A stretch of DNA of 64,000 nt from Candidatus Heimdallarchaeota archaeon (GTDB lineage Archaea > Asgardarchaeota > Heimdallarchaeia > Hodarchaeales > Hodarchaeaceae). The notes beneath the pieces were generated by a model. That model was given only the letters and a program-made list of their open reading frames with translations, was not told where the DNA came from and searched no databases. Position 1 is the stretch's first letter; the number at the start of each line of letters is the position of its first letter. The DNA lies in contig RDOB01000004.1 of the NCBI GenBank assembly GCA_011364965.1, positions 116,360-180,359 on the forward strand, given 5' to 3'. This document shows positions 11,264-19,890 of this stretch, piece after piece. Made by a program: the position numbers and the translations under genes.

Positions 11264-11303
11264 ATATTACCGTTGTATCACGAGCGTAATATCCCAGAAT
11301 TAC
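11264..11303. promoter_or_regulatory. Array of four 11-bp-phased GTA(A/T)TAC-like boxes, putative RHH operator
   Basis: ATATTAC (11264), GTATCAC (11275), GTAATAT (11286), GAATTAC (11297); each is one mismatch from GTAWTAC. Lies 64-104 bp upstream of the RHH gene. Confidence 0.55.
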
Positions 11304-11367
11304 TGTAGATTATAACCCCCCATAATATTGAGTATCCTAATCACCTAAAAATTGAGGTTCATTCCCT

Positions 11368-11562
11368 ATGATGAAGTTAATAACCGTGCATCTCCCAAAT
11401 GATCAAGTTTCTGGTTTAGATGAGCTCGTTCGAACTGGTAGATATCCTAACCGAAGTGAAGCTATTCGTTTTGCTATCCGTGACATGCTCAAAGATGAAC
11501 TTTGGAATTTAAGAGGTACCTCCTATCTTCCTCAAGCATCTGCAGCACGAGATAGCTACTAA
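11368..11562 (+). CDS. Ribbon-helix-helix (CopG) regulator, CdrS/aCcr1-like
   Basis: MKLITVHLP...LDELVRTGRYPNRSEAIRFAIRDML matches the conserved archaeal RHH family (PNRSEAIR). A poly-T run follows. Confidence 0.9.
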   Translation: MMKLITVHLPNDQVSGLDELVRTGRYPNRSEAIRFAIRDMLKDELWNLRGTSYLPQASAARDSY

Positions 11563-11724
11563 TCTTTTTTTTTACCTTTTTTTCCTTTCTATTCCTTATT
11601 AAGACCCCAAATTTTTACAGAACACCAGAATTTCTTGTCTTTTGCAGAGGTTTAACAGAATCTTTTTATATTCTTATTCTGTTTAGGGTATTATCGTGAA
11701 CTTCCTTCTCTGTATCCATTTAAT

Positions 11725-12366
11725 TTGATTTTAGTTGATATTATGTATGAAGATAAGCAACCTCGAGCTTGGAGATTTGTTAAAGATAAAACTCCTATTA
11801 TTGGAATTGACGATGGTGGCTTTGATCGGGACCTTATTCCTTCCAACACAAATCAAATACCTGTTTTTGGTGTTGTAATGAAAGGTGCTGCTTATGTTGA
11901 CGGAATAGTTCAATGTCAAATTAAAAAAGACGATTTAAATCCCACTGAAATTCTTGTACAAATGATTCTTGCTTCTACTCATAAGCCTCAGCTTCAAGCG
12001 ATCATGCTTCAGGGAATTACTATTGGTGGATTTGGAGTTATTGATATTCGTGAATTATTTGAAAAAACTGGAATTCCAGTGATAGTTTTGCTAAGAAAAA
12101 TTCCGAATTTTGAAAATATTCAACTTGCCCTTCAAAAGAATTTTCAGGATGCTGAAGAGCGATGGCAGCTTATTCAAAAGGCTGGAACACCGCAAAAAAT
12201 TCAAAATCAACCTGAAATATATCTACAATTAGCTGGAATTAGACAAATTGATGCGGCACGTCTTATCAAAAAGTGTACTAAGGTTGGAGTCATTCCTGAA
12301 GCGCTTAGGATTGCTCATTTTATAGGAGCTAGTCATTATCGCTTCTATAGTAGATTAGTGAGTTAA
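11725..12366 (+). CDS. DUF99 family (endonuclease V-like) protein
   Basis: IIGIDDG, GITIGGFGVID and IPEALRIAH motifs. The start may be the ATG at 11743. Confidence 0.85.
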   Translation: MILVDIMYEDKQPRAWRFVKDKTPIIGIDDGGFDRDLIPSNTNQIPVFGVVMKGAAYVDGIVQCQIKKDDLNPTEILVQMILASTHKPQLQAIMLQGITIGGFGVIDIRELFEKTGIPVIVLLRKIPNFENIQLALQKNFQDAEERWQLIQKAGTPQKIQNQPEIYLQLAGIRQIDAARLIKKCTKVGVIPEALRIAHFIGASHYRFYSRLVS

Positions 12367-13904
12367 ATGGAAGGAGGAAAAAACTCTTCCTTCAATAGAA
12401 CTAGTGGGGCAAGTAACCAGGTAGCAGCTCCCCCTATCACAAACGAGGAAAAATTATTCACAAACGTCCATCCTGACTGACTCCAGCCCCAAATCCCTAT
12501 CAGTATAATATTTATTGAAAAGATTAACGCAATCAGTGAATCACGAATAACATGAAATTCTCTATTCCACACGCTTGTTTCACTGAGAGGAGTGTTTTTT
12601 AATAATAATCCTTCGACCACCCCAGTAATTAAATATAAAAATGCTCCCATAGAAAACAGGATGAACGGAATTAAGTGAAGAATACGACGCCAAACTGGTT
12701 GAGTTCGTTCTTCCCAGTATATTGCAAGGAAAGCGTCGAATAAATAGGCTAGACTCACCAATGATGGCATTAAATAGGCAAGATTGAGTCCAAGAACGTA
12801 GGGACGGAGTATTGGTATATTTAAGATGATCATTGTGCACAAAATTGTAATAAAAGCAACGATACTGATCCCTGAAAAGAAAGCAAACGCGTTCAGAATA
12901 AGTTCTAATTTTTCAGCCCATTTAAGCTTGGAGCTCAAGATAGAACGTGTTCTAATTCTCAGAATGTGGCATGCTCCATGTGCCCATCTCCACAATTGAG
13001 ACACTTGGCTTTTTGCCGTTTCGGGTACCAAACCAGTAGATCCAATATGGTCAATGTATCTTCCTTTGCCCCCATTGCTTAAAATTTTAATTGAGGTATC
13101 AATATCCTCAATAAAGGTCTCCTCTGAGAACCCATCGATCTCGGTTAAAATATTTTTTCGAAAACATCCAGTTGTTCCATTAAATAACACTACTCCACGT
13201 CGATCCTTGGAGGATTCGAACACTTCATAGAACTGGGAGTATAATATTGAGTTAGCTGCTTGATATAAACGATAAGTATTTCTGTATCGCACTTTTGCTT
13301 GCACGTAACCCACATTTTTATCACTCATTACCTTTGAAAACTTCTCTAATATATCTGGGGTAGGTATGTGATCTGAATCCAATATAACAATTAAGTCTCC
13401 CTTTGTGTGGGTTAAAACAGCATTTATATTCCCAGCTTTAAAGCCACGTGTGTCGTGCTTGTGATAAAAGGGGATTTTCTTTTCTATACAGAATTTTTGC
13501 AAGTTTTTAGTTACTTCTGGATCTTTTCCATTATCACTTACGATAATTTCATATTTAGGGTAATTTATTGCTAAAACTCCTTCTATCGTAATTTTCAATG
13601 TTTTGAAGGAGGTTCCATGGGATGGGATTATTATTGTGAAAAAGGGGTTATATTCTGGAGTAAACTCGAAAATTTGCGATTTATACCGAAATTCGAAGGC
13701 ACCTGACGCAGTATAAAGCAAATAATACCCGAATAGAAACCCAATTATTTCAACAAATAATAAGGAAATATTTAGGAAAATCTCAAACAAATTACCTGAA
13801 TTCATCATCACGAAAAAACTCAAGACAATATAAACTGGCAATAAGCCTAGAACTAGGATTGAAAGAGCTTTAAGAACATATGAACTCACACGATATATCC
13901 ACAT
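12363..13904 (-). CDS. Processive GT2 glycosyltransferase (cellulose synthase-like)
   Basis: KAGNIN, DSD, ED and Q-L-W-R-W (D,D,D,QxxRW) motifs with flanking TM helices. Confidence 0.9.
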   Translation of the reverse strand: MWIYRVSSYVLKALSILVLGLLPVYIVLSFFVMMNSGNLFEIFLNISLLFVEIIGFLFGYYLLYTASGAFEFRYKSQIFEFTPEYNPFFTIIIPSHGTSFKTLKITIEGVLAINYPKYEIIVSDNGKDPEVTKNLQKFCIEKKIPFYHKHDTRGFKAGNINAVLTHTKGDLIVILDSDHIPTPDILEKFSKVMSDKNVGYVQAKVRYRNTYRLYQAANSILYSQFYEVFESSKDRRGVVLFNGTTGCFRKNILTEIDGFSEETFIEDIDTSIKILSNGGKGRYIDHIGSTGLVPETAKSQVSQLWRWAHGACHILRIRTRSILSSKLKWAEKLELILNAFAFFSGISIVAFITILCTMIILNIPILRPYVLGLNLAYLMPSLVSLAYLFDAFLAIYWEERTQPVWRRILHLIPFILFSMGAFLYLITGVVEGLLLKNTPLSETSVWNREFHVIRDSLIALIFSINIILIGIWGWSQSGWTFVNNFSSFVIGGAATWLLAPLVLLKEEFFPPSI

Positions 13905-13998
13905 ATTTAGGATTCATCCGTTATCATACGGTAAAAATTAATTATTAAATCTGCTTCTACATGATTCCATTGAAATTATATATTAAGATTTTAGTATT

Positions 13999-14847
13999 TT
14001 AAAATCCCAACTTCCCTGCTAAGTAATCTGCCCATCCTTGAGTAAATTTTTCAGGGCTGTTTATATGATTCCAATAAACAGGTGCTTCAGGAAGATAACC
14101 ATAGATAAGGTTTTCATTTGCTAATTCGGGAAAGATATTTTTTTCCAATGAAGATACTTCTTTTGTAATATATTCAAAAATTTCTGGTTCAAAAATATAA
14201 ATCCCTGCATTGTTATATCCCAATCCCTTTTTTCTGCTGTAATTAAAATGAACAATTCTCTTGTTTTGGATATCAAATTCTACCTGGCCTGTTTCATCTT
14301 CTATTATAAACATCGTAGCAATTCCCCCTTCTTTCACACTTTTTCTATGAAATTCTAACATATCATTAACATTAACATTAGTTATAAGATCTCCATTCAT
14401 GACTAAAAAAGTGGATTTCATATTTTGTTGGGCGTTCAATACTGCTCCTGCTGTATCCAATGGTTTTTCTTCAGCTATAAGGCTGATACTCTTACCTGGA
14501 GTATTAGTTTCTGGAAATTGGTTTTGGATGTGTTCCTTAAGATATCCTACTGAAAGATAAATATCTGTTAAGGCATGTCTGAGTAGAAGATCAATACAAT
14601 ATTGAAGTATTGGTTTATAGCCGATGGGGAGCATAACTGCGGGTATAGCAACATTAACTGGCCTAAATCCAGTTCCTCGTCCTCCTGCGAGAATTAAGGA
14701 TTTAATAGTATGCGCTTCTAGGGCAACTTTTAATGCTTGGATTATAAATTGTTTTACCTTGCCAGTTCCTGCTACTTCAACAAGATTTAACCAAAAATTT
14801 TCTGTAAATTCTATTGTATATTTATGGATATCTTTTTTATTACTCAT
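13999..14847 (-). CDS. Sugar-phosphate nucleotidyltransferase-like protein with degenerate active site and N-terminal RHH-like extension
   Basis: ILAGGRGTGFRP, EEKPLDTAGA, NGDL and NAGIYIF give the fold; canonical Arg, Lys and Asp are replaced. Confidence 0.8.
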   Translation of the reverse strand: MSNKKDIHKYTIEFTENFWLNLVEVAGTGKVKQFIIQALKVALEAHTIKSLILAGGRGTGFRPVNVAIPAVMLPIGYKPILQYCIDLLLRHALTDIYLSVGYLKEHIQNQFPETNTPGKSISLIAEEKPLDTAGAVLNAQQNMKSTFLVMNGDLITNVNVNDMLEFHRKSVKEGGIATMFIIEDETGQVEFDIQNKRIVHFNYSRKKGLGYNNAGIYIFEPEIFEYITKEVSSLEKNIFPELANENLIYGYLPEAPVYWNHINSPEKFTQGWADYLAGKLGF

Positions 14848-15049
14848 ATGAAGTCTTCCGTGTGTTTACCAACTCATCTTTCTTTCCTAGTGGTCATGGA
14901 CTTTAGGTATATTAACCCATACTGATAATACTGGTAGGAAAAACGGGTTATTAAAACGTTTTCTATGGCATATTGAAGGGATTTATGAATTGAGTCAAAT
15001 GAAGAGAGAGGAAGAGATGAGAGGGAGAATCTCACTTCACGAATTATTT

Positions 15050-16054
15050 TTATTTTTCCCTTTCAATAAGGAATCTGACTAAAATTTTGAGAAATTCTAT
15101 TAAATCATCTGCTTCGGTGTCATCAGGTGAGATTTCATTTTGTACTTCATCTAATCCGTTTATTGCAGCATTATAGTACTTATTTCTTACTTCCTTCACC
15201 TGTTCTGTGCATGAATGAAAAACCTGTAAAACATATTTGATGTCTTCTTTGCTTTTTTCTCCCACAGATTTATTATAGATAGCTTTTATTTTCTCCGCGT
15301 GTTCTGTTTGGAGGGCAAAATATAGGAATAAATTCCTTTTTGATTCTTGTATATCCCAATATTGAACTTTCCCAAATTGCTCTGGATCCCCCTGAATGTC
15401 TAAATAATCATCTTGAATTTGAAAGGCGATTCCAGCATCAATTATGGCTTTGTCTAATTTTTTGGTAAATAGATCCATTCGATTGGCTGCAAGACACCCT
15501 AGTCGGACGCATCCTGCAAAGACAATAGCAGTTTTTAATTCCATGATTTTGATCACGTGAGCTAAATCAAAATTAAAGTTCTGATCCAATCTATCTTCTA
15601 ATTCTATAGCGTTTCCTAAACCCACTTGATACGCATAATCTATTACATAAAACAGACTGGGGTTATCTTTGAGGAGCGTTAGGGCATAAGCATGTAAAAC
15701 GTCTCCATCATGGAGGGCACGATCCCGACCATGAACTATATGGAATGAATCTTTTCCACGTCGAATTGGAGCATTGTCTATAAGATCATCATGGATCAAT
15801 GTCATGTTATGCAATAGCTCAATGGCGATTGCTGAATTATAAGACTTCTGCATCGCTTCTTCCTCCCCATTACTTCCTTCAGCTAATAATTTAGTCGTAA
15901 GTGCAATCAATGAGGGTCTTAGCTGCTTACCTTTGGTAGATAGAATAAAATTTCGAATTCGTTCTTTCGTGGGACTCTCCATTGCTTCGATTGCTTGATC
16001 TAGCTCTTTGTTTAAATTTTCCAATATTACTTCATCTAAGAATTGTTCTGCCAC
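15050..16054 (-). CDS. Polyprenyl diphosphate (GGPP) synthase
   Basis: GKQLRP, LIHDDLID..RRG (FARM), KTA, FQIQDDYLD (SARM). Confidence 0.92.
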   Translation of the reverse strand: MAEQFLDEVILENLNKELDQAIEAMESPTKERIRNFILSTKGKQLRPSLIALTTKLLAEGSNGEEEAMQKSYNSAIAIELLHNMTLIHDDLIDNAPIRRGKDSFHIVHGRDRALHDGDVLHAYALTLLKDNPSLFYVIDYAYQVGLGNAIELEDRLDQNFNFDLAHVIKIMELKTAIVFAGCVRLGCLAANRMDLFTKKLDKAIIDAGIAFQIQDDYLDIQGDPEQFGKVQYWDIQESKRNLFLYFALQTEHAEKIKAIYNKSVGEKSKEDIKYVLQVFHSCTEQVKEVRNKYYNAAINGLDEVQNEISPDDTEADDLIEFLKILVRFLIEREK

Positions 16055-16249
16055 TTGTTAAGACCTCATTACTCTGTCATTACCGCAAAATGCTCATTAA
16101 ATTGTTAGGTGGGATATTCAGGTTTCTTTTTTGAAAAAGATTAAGTAGGACTATATTTTTAGCAATTATATAATAGATTTGCTCAAAGATTGGGAGCTAT
16201 TGATAATTTTATATTGATAATTATCTTGGTATAAATTAGGGTATGTAGC

Positions 16250-17530
16250 TTGGAACTATTAATTTGCATTGAGTGTGGACAAGAAACTCCACCAAATCGG
16301 TATTGTGTATTTTGTGGGAATCCTCTGCCTCAAATAAAATTATGTTGGCGCTGTCAATCTAGGATACCCATTCAAATGAATTTCTGTACTAATTGTGGAG
16401 CTAATCTAAACCAAAATTGGAATTATGTATCTAATTTGGCCCCATCAAGATTTGATAAGATTCTATTATATTTTCAAGCGGGGATTTTAGTTATATTCCT
16501 CCTATCTATGTATTTCTTTGTTCAGATTTTGCTGGGATTCATTTTATTCTCAGTATTTGCTGAAAATCCTTCAATGGAAGACGCGAGTTCAATTTCTCTA
16601 ACAGTTATTGTTATGATACTGAGTAATATTATAATGGTGGGATTGATAACTAAAATTTCTCCCTCAACCTTTGGAAAAAGTCCATCAAAAGCTATCACTA
16701 TAAAAATACTCGTTATTTTAATTCTTCTCCTATTTTTTCTGTTATTTTTTCTAGAACTTGTCTTAATGGTTTTGAACCATATATTAGATACCGCTGGATT
16801 AAGTTCTGATCAACTTTCCCCCTATGATTCTTTTTTTGAGGATCCTGTTAATTATATCTTGTTTGCTATTCTAGCAGTATCTATTGGTCCGGTTTTTGAG
16901 GAACTTGTATTTCGTCAAGTCTTAATTAACACAATGCACAAACAAATTAACTCGAGATACACCCTAGTGATAATTAGCGCTATCATCTTTGCTCTCTCAC
17001 ATACTGCAGGAGATCTAATAGATGGATCTCTACGTTACGCGATTCTACATTTGGCAGCTACTTTTATTCTTGGAGTGTTTCTAGGTATGCTTTTCATTTA
17101 TAAAGGATTAAAGACTGCAATAATATTCCATTCTTTGTGGAATTTTTTTTCTATTATAATACAAGTTATGGTCGAACTTGATCAAATTTCACTTCTTGAT
17201 ACAATTGTAATAATTTTGTTTATTATTTCTACTTCAATACTTATTTGGTTAATTCATGCAAATCGAAGAGAAATTAAATCTAGTTTAATAGAGGTGAATT
17301 TTCCGCAATTAAAAGATACAGGAATCATTGTTTTTAATCTCATTTTAATATTAGCTTACGAATTAGCTCTACCATTAACTCTTTATTCAGAACCAGATTT
17401 CATTGCATTAACATTGATCTTAATCTTTCAGTTCCTAGGTGTGATCTTCGGTATTATTTTCATTGAAAATGAAAGACGAATTAACAGATCTAAAGGATTT
17501 AGAGCCCAAAAATCAAAAATAGGAGATTAG
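16250..17530 (+). CDS. Double Zn-ribbon fused to a CPBP/Abi (Rce1-like CaaX protease) intramembrane domain
   Basis: Four CxxC motifs at the N-terminus; GPVFEELVFR, FALSH and HSLWN motifs. Confidence 0.88.
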   Translation: MELLICIECGQETPPNRYCVFCGNPLPQIKLCWRCQSRIPIQMNFCTNCGANLNQNWNYVSNLAPSRFDKILLYFQAGILVIFLLSMYFFVQILLGFILFSVFAENPSMEDASSISLTVIVMILSNIIMVGLITKISPSTFGKSPSKAITIKILVILILLLFFLLFFLELVLMVLNHILDTAGLSSDQLSPYDSFFEDPVNYILFAILAVSIGPVFEELVFRQVLINTMHKQINSRYTLVIISAIIFALSHTAGDLIDGSLRYAILHLAATFILGVFLGMLFIYKGLKTAIIFHSLWNFFSIIIQVMVELDQISLLDTIVIILFIISTSILIWLIHANRREIKSSLIEVNFPQLKDTGIIVFNLILILAYELALPLTLYSEPDFIALTLILIFQFLGVIFGIIFIENERRINRSKGFRAQKSKIGD

Positions 17531-18516
17531 GTCATTTTGAAGTGGGCTCGTGGATCTTCTATAAAAACAGGCACTGCAGCTGCTCCTCTTTTAACTTCCA
17601 CATCATCCATACCGAGGATCCTAACAATTTCCTTAAAACGATTTCTAATCGTTACAGGGGTCGTTCGTGCAGCTTTGGCTATTTGTTGTTGCGTTCTCCG
17701 TTCACCTGTTTTGACACCAGCAATATACAAACATGCTGCTGCAATGGACATGGGATTTTTTCCTACTGTAATTCCACATTCACGCGTTTTCTTAGTAATA
17801 CGGACAGCCTCCATCCTAGTAGGCATACTCAAGCTTAATTCCTCTCCAAGTCTATGAATTAGGGCTTCATGTCTTCCTGAATCAGGCTTTGTTTGTAGGT
17901 GTTGAATTATTGTACGAACACATCGTCCTAGTTCTTTGGATGAAACGTTTGCATTAATTGCAACATCTTTCAATGTTAGAGGAATTTTAGTTTTTCTACA
18001 GGCAAGATAAAGACTTGCAGCAATCATTCCGTCAATGGAACGTCCACGAATGAGGTTTTTCTTTAAACACTGTCTGTAGTAGGAACTAGCCATTTGTGCA
18101 GTTCTCTCAGGTAATTCCATTTGGCTTCGTAAACGTTTCAATTCTCTTAAGGCTATACGGAGGTTGCGTAATTCGCTTTCATGAGCATGATTATCGACAT
18201 TAGTCAAGCGATTAAACACTAAGCGCTTAGTTGACGATAACTTTCTGCCTTTCCCATCTGTTCTAGATTTACTAATCTGAGTTTTGATACCTAAATCAGG
18301 CTGAAGAAGAGACAAGGGAGAACCACTGCGAGAACGATCCTGCTCTTCCTGATAATCATAAGCACGCCATTCAGGTCCTTGATCAAACATTAGAGAGTCT
18401 ACAACCACCCCACAACATGCGCATATCCATTGACCTGACCGAGGATCAGAAACGATATTATCTAATGCCCCGCATTCAGGACATTTTCTATGTCGAACCA
18501 TATCTTTCTGAATCAT
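17527..18516 (-). CDS. tfb: Transcription initiation factor IIB (TFB)
   Basis: Zn ribbon CPECG..CACCG, DQGPEWRAY B-reader, two cyclin repeats (RGRS.., TQQQIAKAA..TIRNRFKE). Confidence 0.95.
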   Translation of the reverse strand: MIQKDMVRHRKCPECGALDNIVSDPRSGQWICACCGVVVDSLMFDQGPEWRAYDYQEEQDRSRSGSPLSLLQPDLGIKTQISKSRTDGKGRKLSSTKRLVFNRLTNVDNHAHESELRNLRIALRELKRLRSQMELPERTAQMASSYYRQCLKKNLIRGRSIDGMIAASLYLACRKTKIPLTLKDVAINANVSSKELGRCVRTIIQHLQTKPDSGRHEALIHRLGEELSLSMPTRMEAVRITKKTRECGITVGKNPMSIAAACLYIAGVKTGERRTQQQIAKAARTTPVTIRNRFKEIVRILGMDDVEVKRGAAAVPVFIEDPRAHFKMT

Positions 18517-18831
18517 AACAATCGACTCTCTTAGATAGGCGTAACATATAGATTTTTCTAGATAAATTTTCCGTATTCTTTATTTTGCTAATTCCTTTTC
18601 CTGATTCAATTAAATCGGAAACCATTACACTAGGTTTATTTTTTGTTCTATAATTGGCATTTTCTTTTCAAAAAGAATTTTTCCTTTGTTGAAGGGAGAT
18701 TTAGAGTGCCTAGCAAAATTCTCCGATATAAGGAAACTCTAACTAGGGATTAAAGATAAAATACAGATATTTACTTTAATTTCTCCAGAATCTAAGAGAT
18801 GATTAGAGATGTTCACATCATCTATTATATT

Positions 18832-19731
18832 TCATTCTCTTAGACAATTTTTAATATAGTATTCTCCAGCCTTATAAGAACTTCTAACAAGTGGACCTGA
18901 AGCTACGTATAAGAATCCGAGTTCAATGGCAATTTTTTCCCAGTATTCAAACACCTCAGGTAGGATATATTCAATAACGTCAAGATTTTTGCGAGAAGGT
19001 TGCAAATATTGGCCAATTGTGACAATATCAACATCAACTAATCTTAACTCTTTAAGAGCAGAGAAAACTTGATCTGAAGTCTCACCTAAACCGAGCATAA
19101 TTGATGATTTAGTCAAAATATTAGAATCCAACCGTTTTATTGTATCTAGGATCTGAAGGGACTGATCGAAGCTAGCTCGTTTATCTCTCACCATTGGGGT
19201 CATTGCACGAGTCGTTTCGATGTTATGTCCCATCACATGCGGTTTGCTTTTGACCAAAGATTTTAAAGCACGTAAATTTCCTTGAAAATCAGGATGAAGG
19301 ATTTCAATAATTACTTCCGAGGTCTCATTCTGAACTGCTTCAACACAGTGAGCTAGATGTAAAGCCCCACCATCTAGTAGATCATCGCGGGTTACTGAGG
19401 TCAGAACTACATATTTTAATTTCATATCTTTGACTGCTTGTGCTAAGTTTTTAGGTTCCAAGGGGTTAAGAATCCCATGAGGATCTTGGGTTGTGACATC
19501 ACAAAATTTACAGTTTCGTGTACAAACAGAACCCATGAGTAAGAAGGTTGCTGTTCCCGATTCCCAGCATTCAGTCCAATTTGGACATAATGCTTCCTCA
19601 CAAACTGTATGAAGCTGATTGTTCTTGAGAATTGATTTAATTTCTTTGAATTTAGCTTTGGTGGGTAATTTAGATCTAATCCAAGTAGGTTTAGGTTGAT
19701 GAGGGGATTTTTTAGTTCTCATTAGGATCAA
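18832..19731 (-). CDS. lipA: Lipoyl synthase
   Basis: CEEALCPNWTEC and CTRNCKFC cluster motifs, GQYLQP, GPLVRSSY. Confidence 0.95.
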   Translation of the reverse strand: MILMRTKKSPHQPKPTWIRSKLPTKAKFKEIKSILKNNQLHTVCEEALCPNWTECWESGTATFLLMGSVCTRNCKFCDVTTQDPHGILNPLEPKNLAQAVKDMKLKYVVLTSVTRDDLLDGGALHLAHCVEAVQNETSEVIIEILHPDFQGNLRALKSLVKSKPHVMGHNIETTRAMTPMVRDKRASFDQSLQILDTIKRLDSNILTKSSIMLGLGETSDQVFSALKELRLVDVDIVTIGQYLQPSRKNLDVIEYILPEVFEYWEKIAIELGFLYVASGPLVRSSYKAGEYYIKNCLRE

Positions 19732-19890
19732 TTCTCATATTACTTGATTATTTTTACCCATTCTCTTGTTATTACCAAAACTTCATGTAGGTTATTATAA
19801 AAATCATAGGGATTATTCATATAATTTCGATATATTTAACTTTAAAATCACCAATAGTACTTCTGAATAACTTTTAGCTTATAATCTAAG

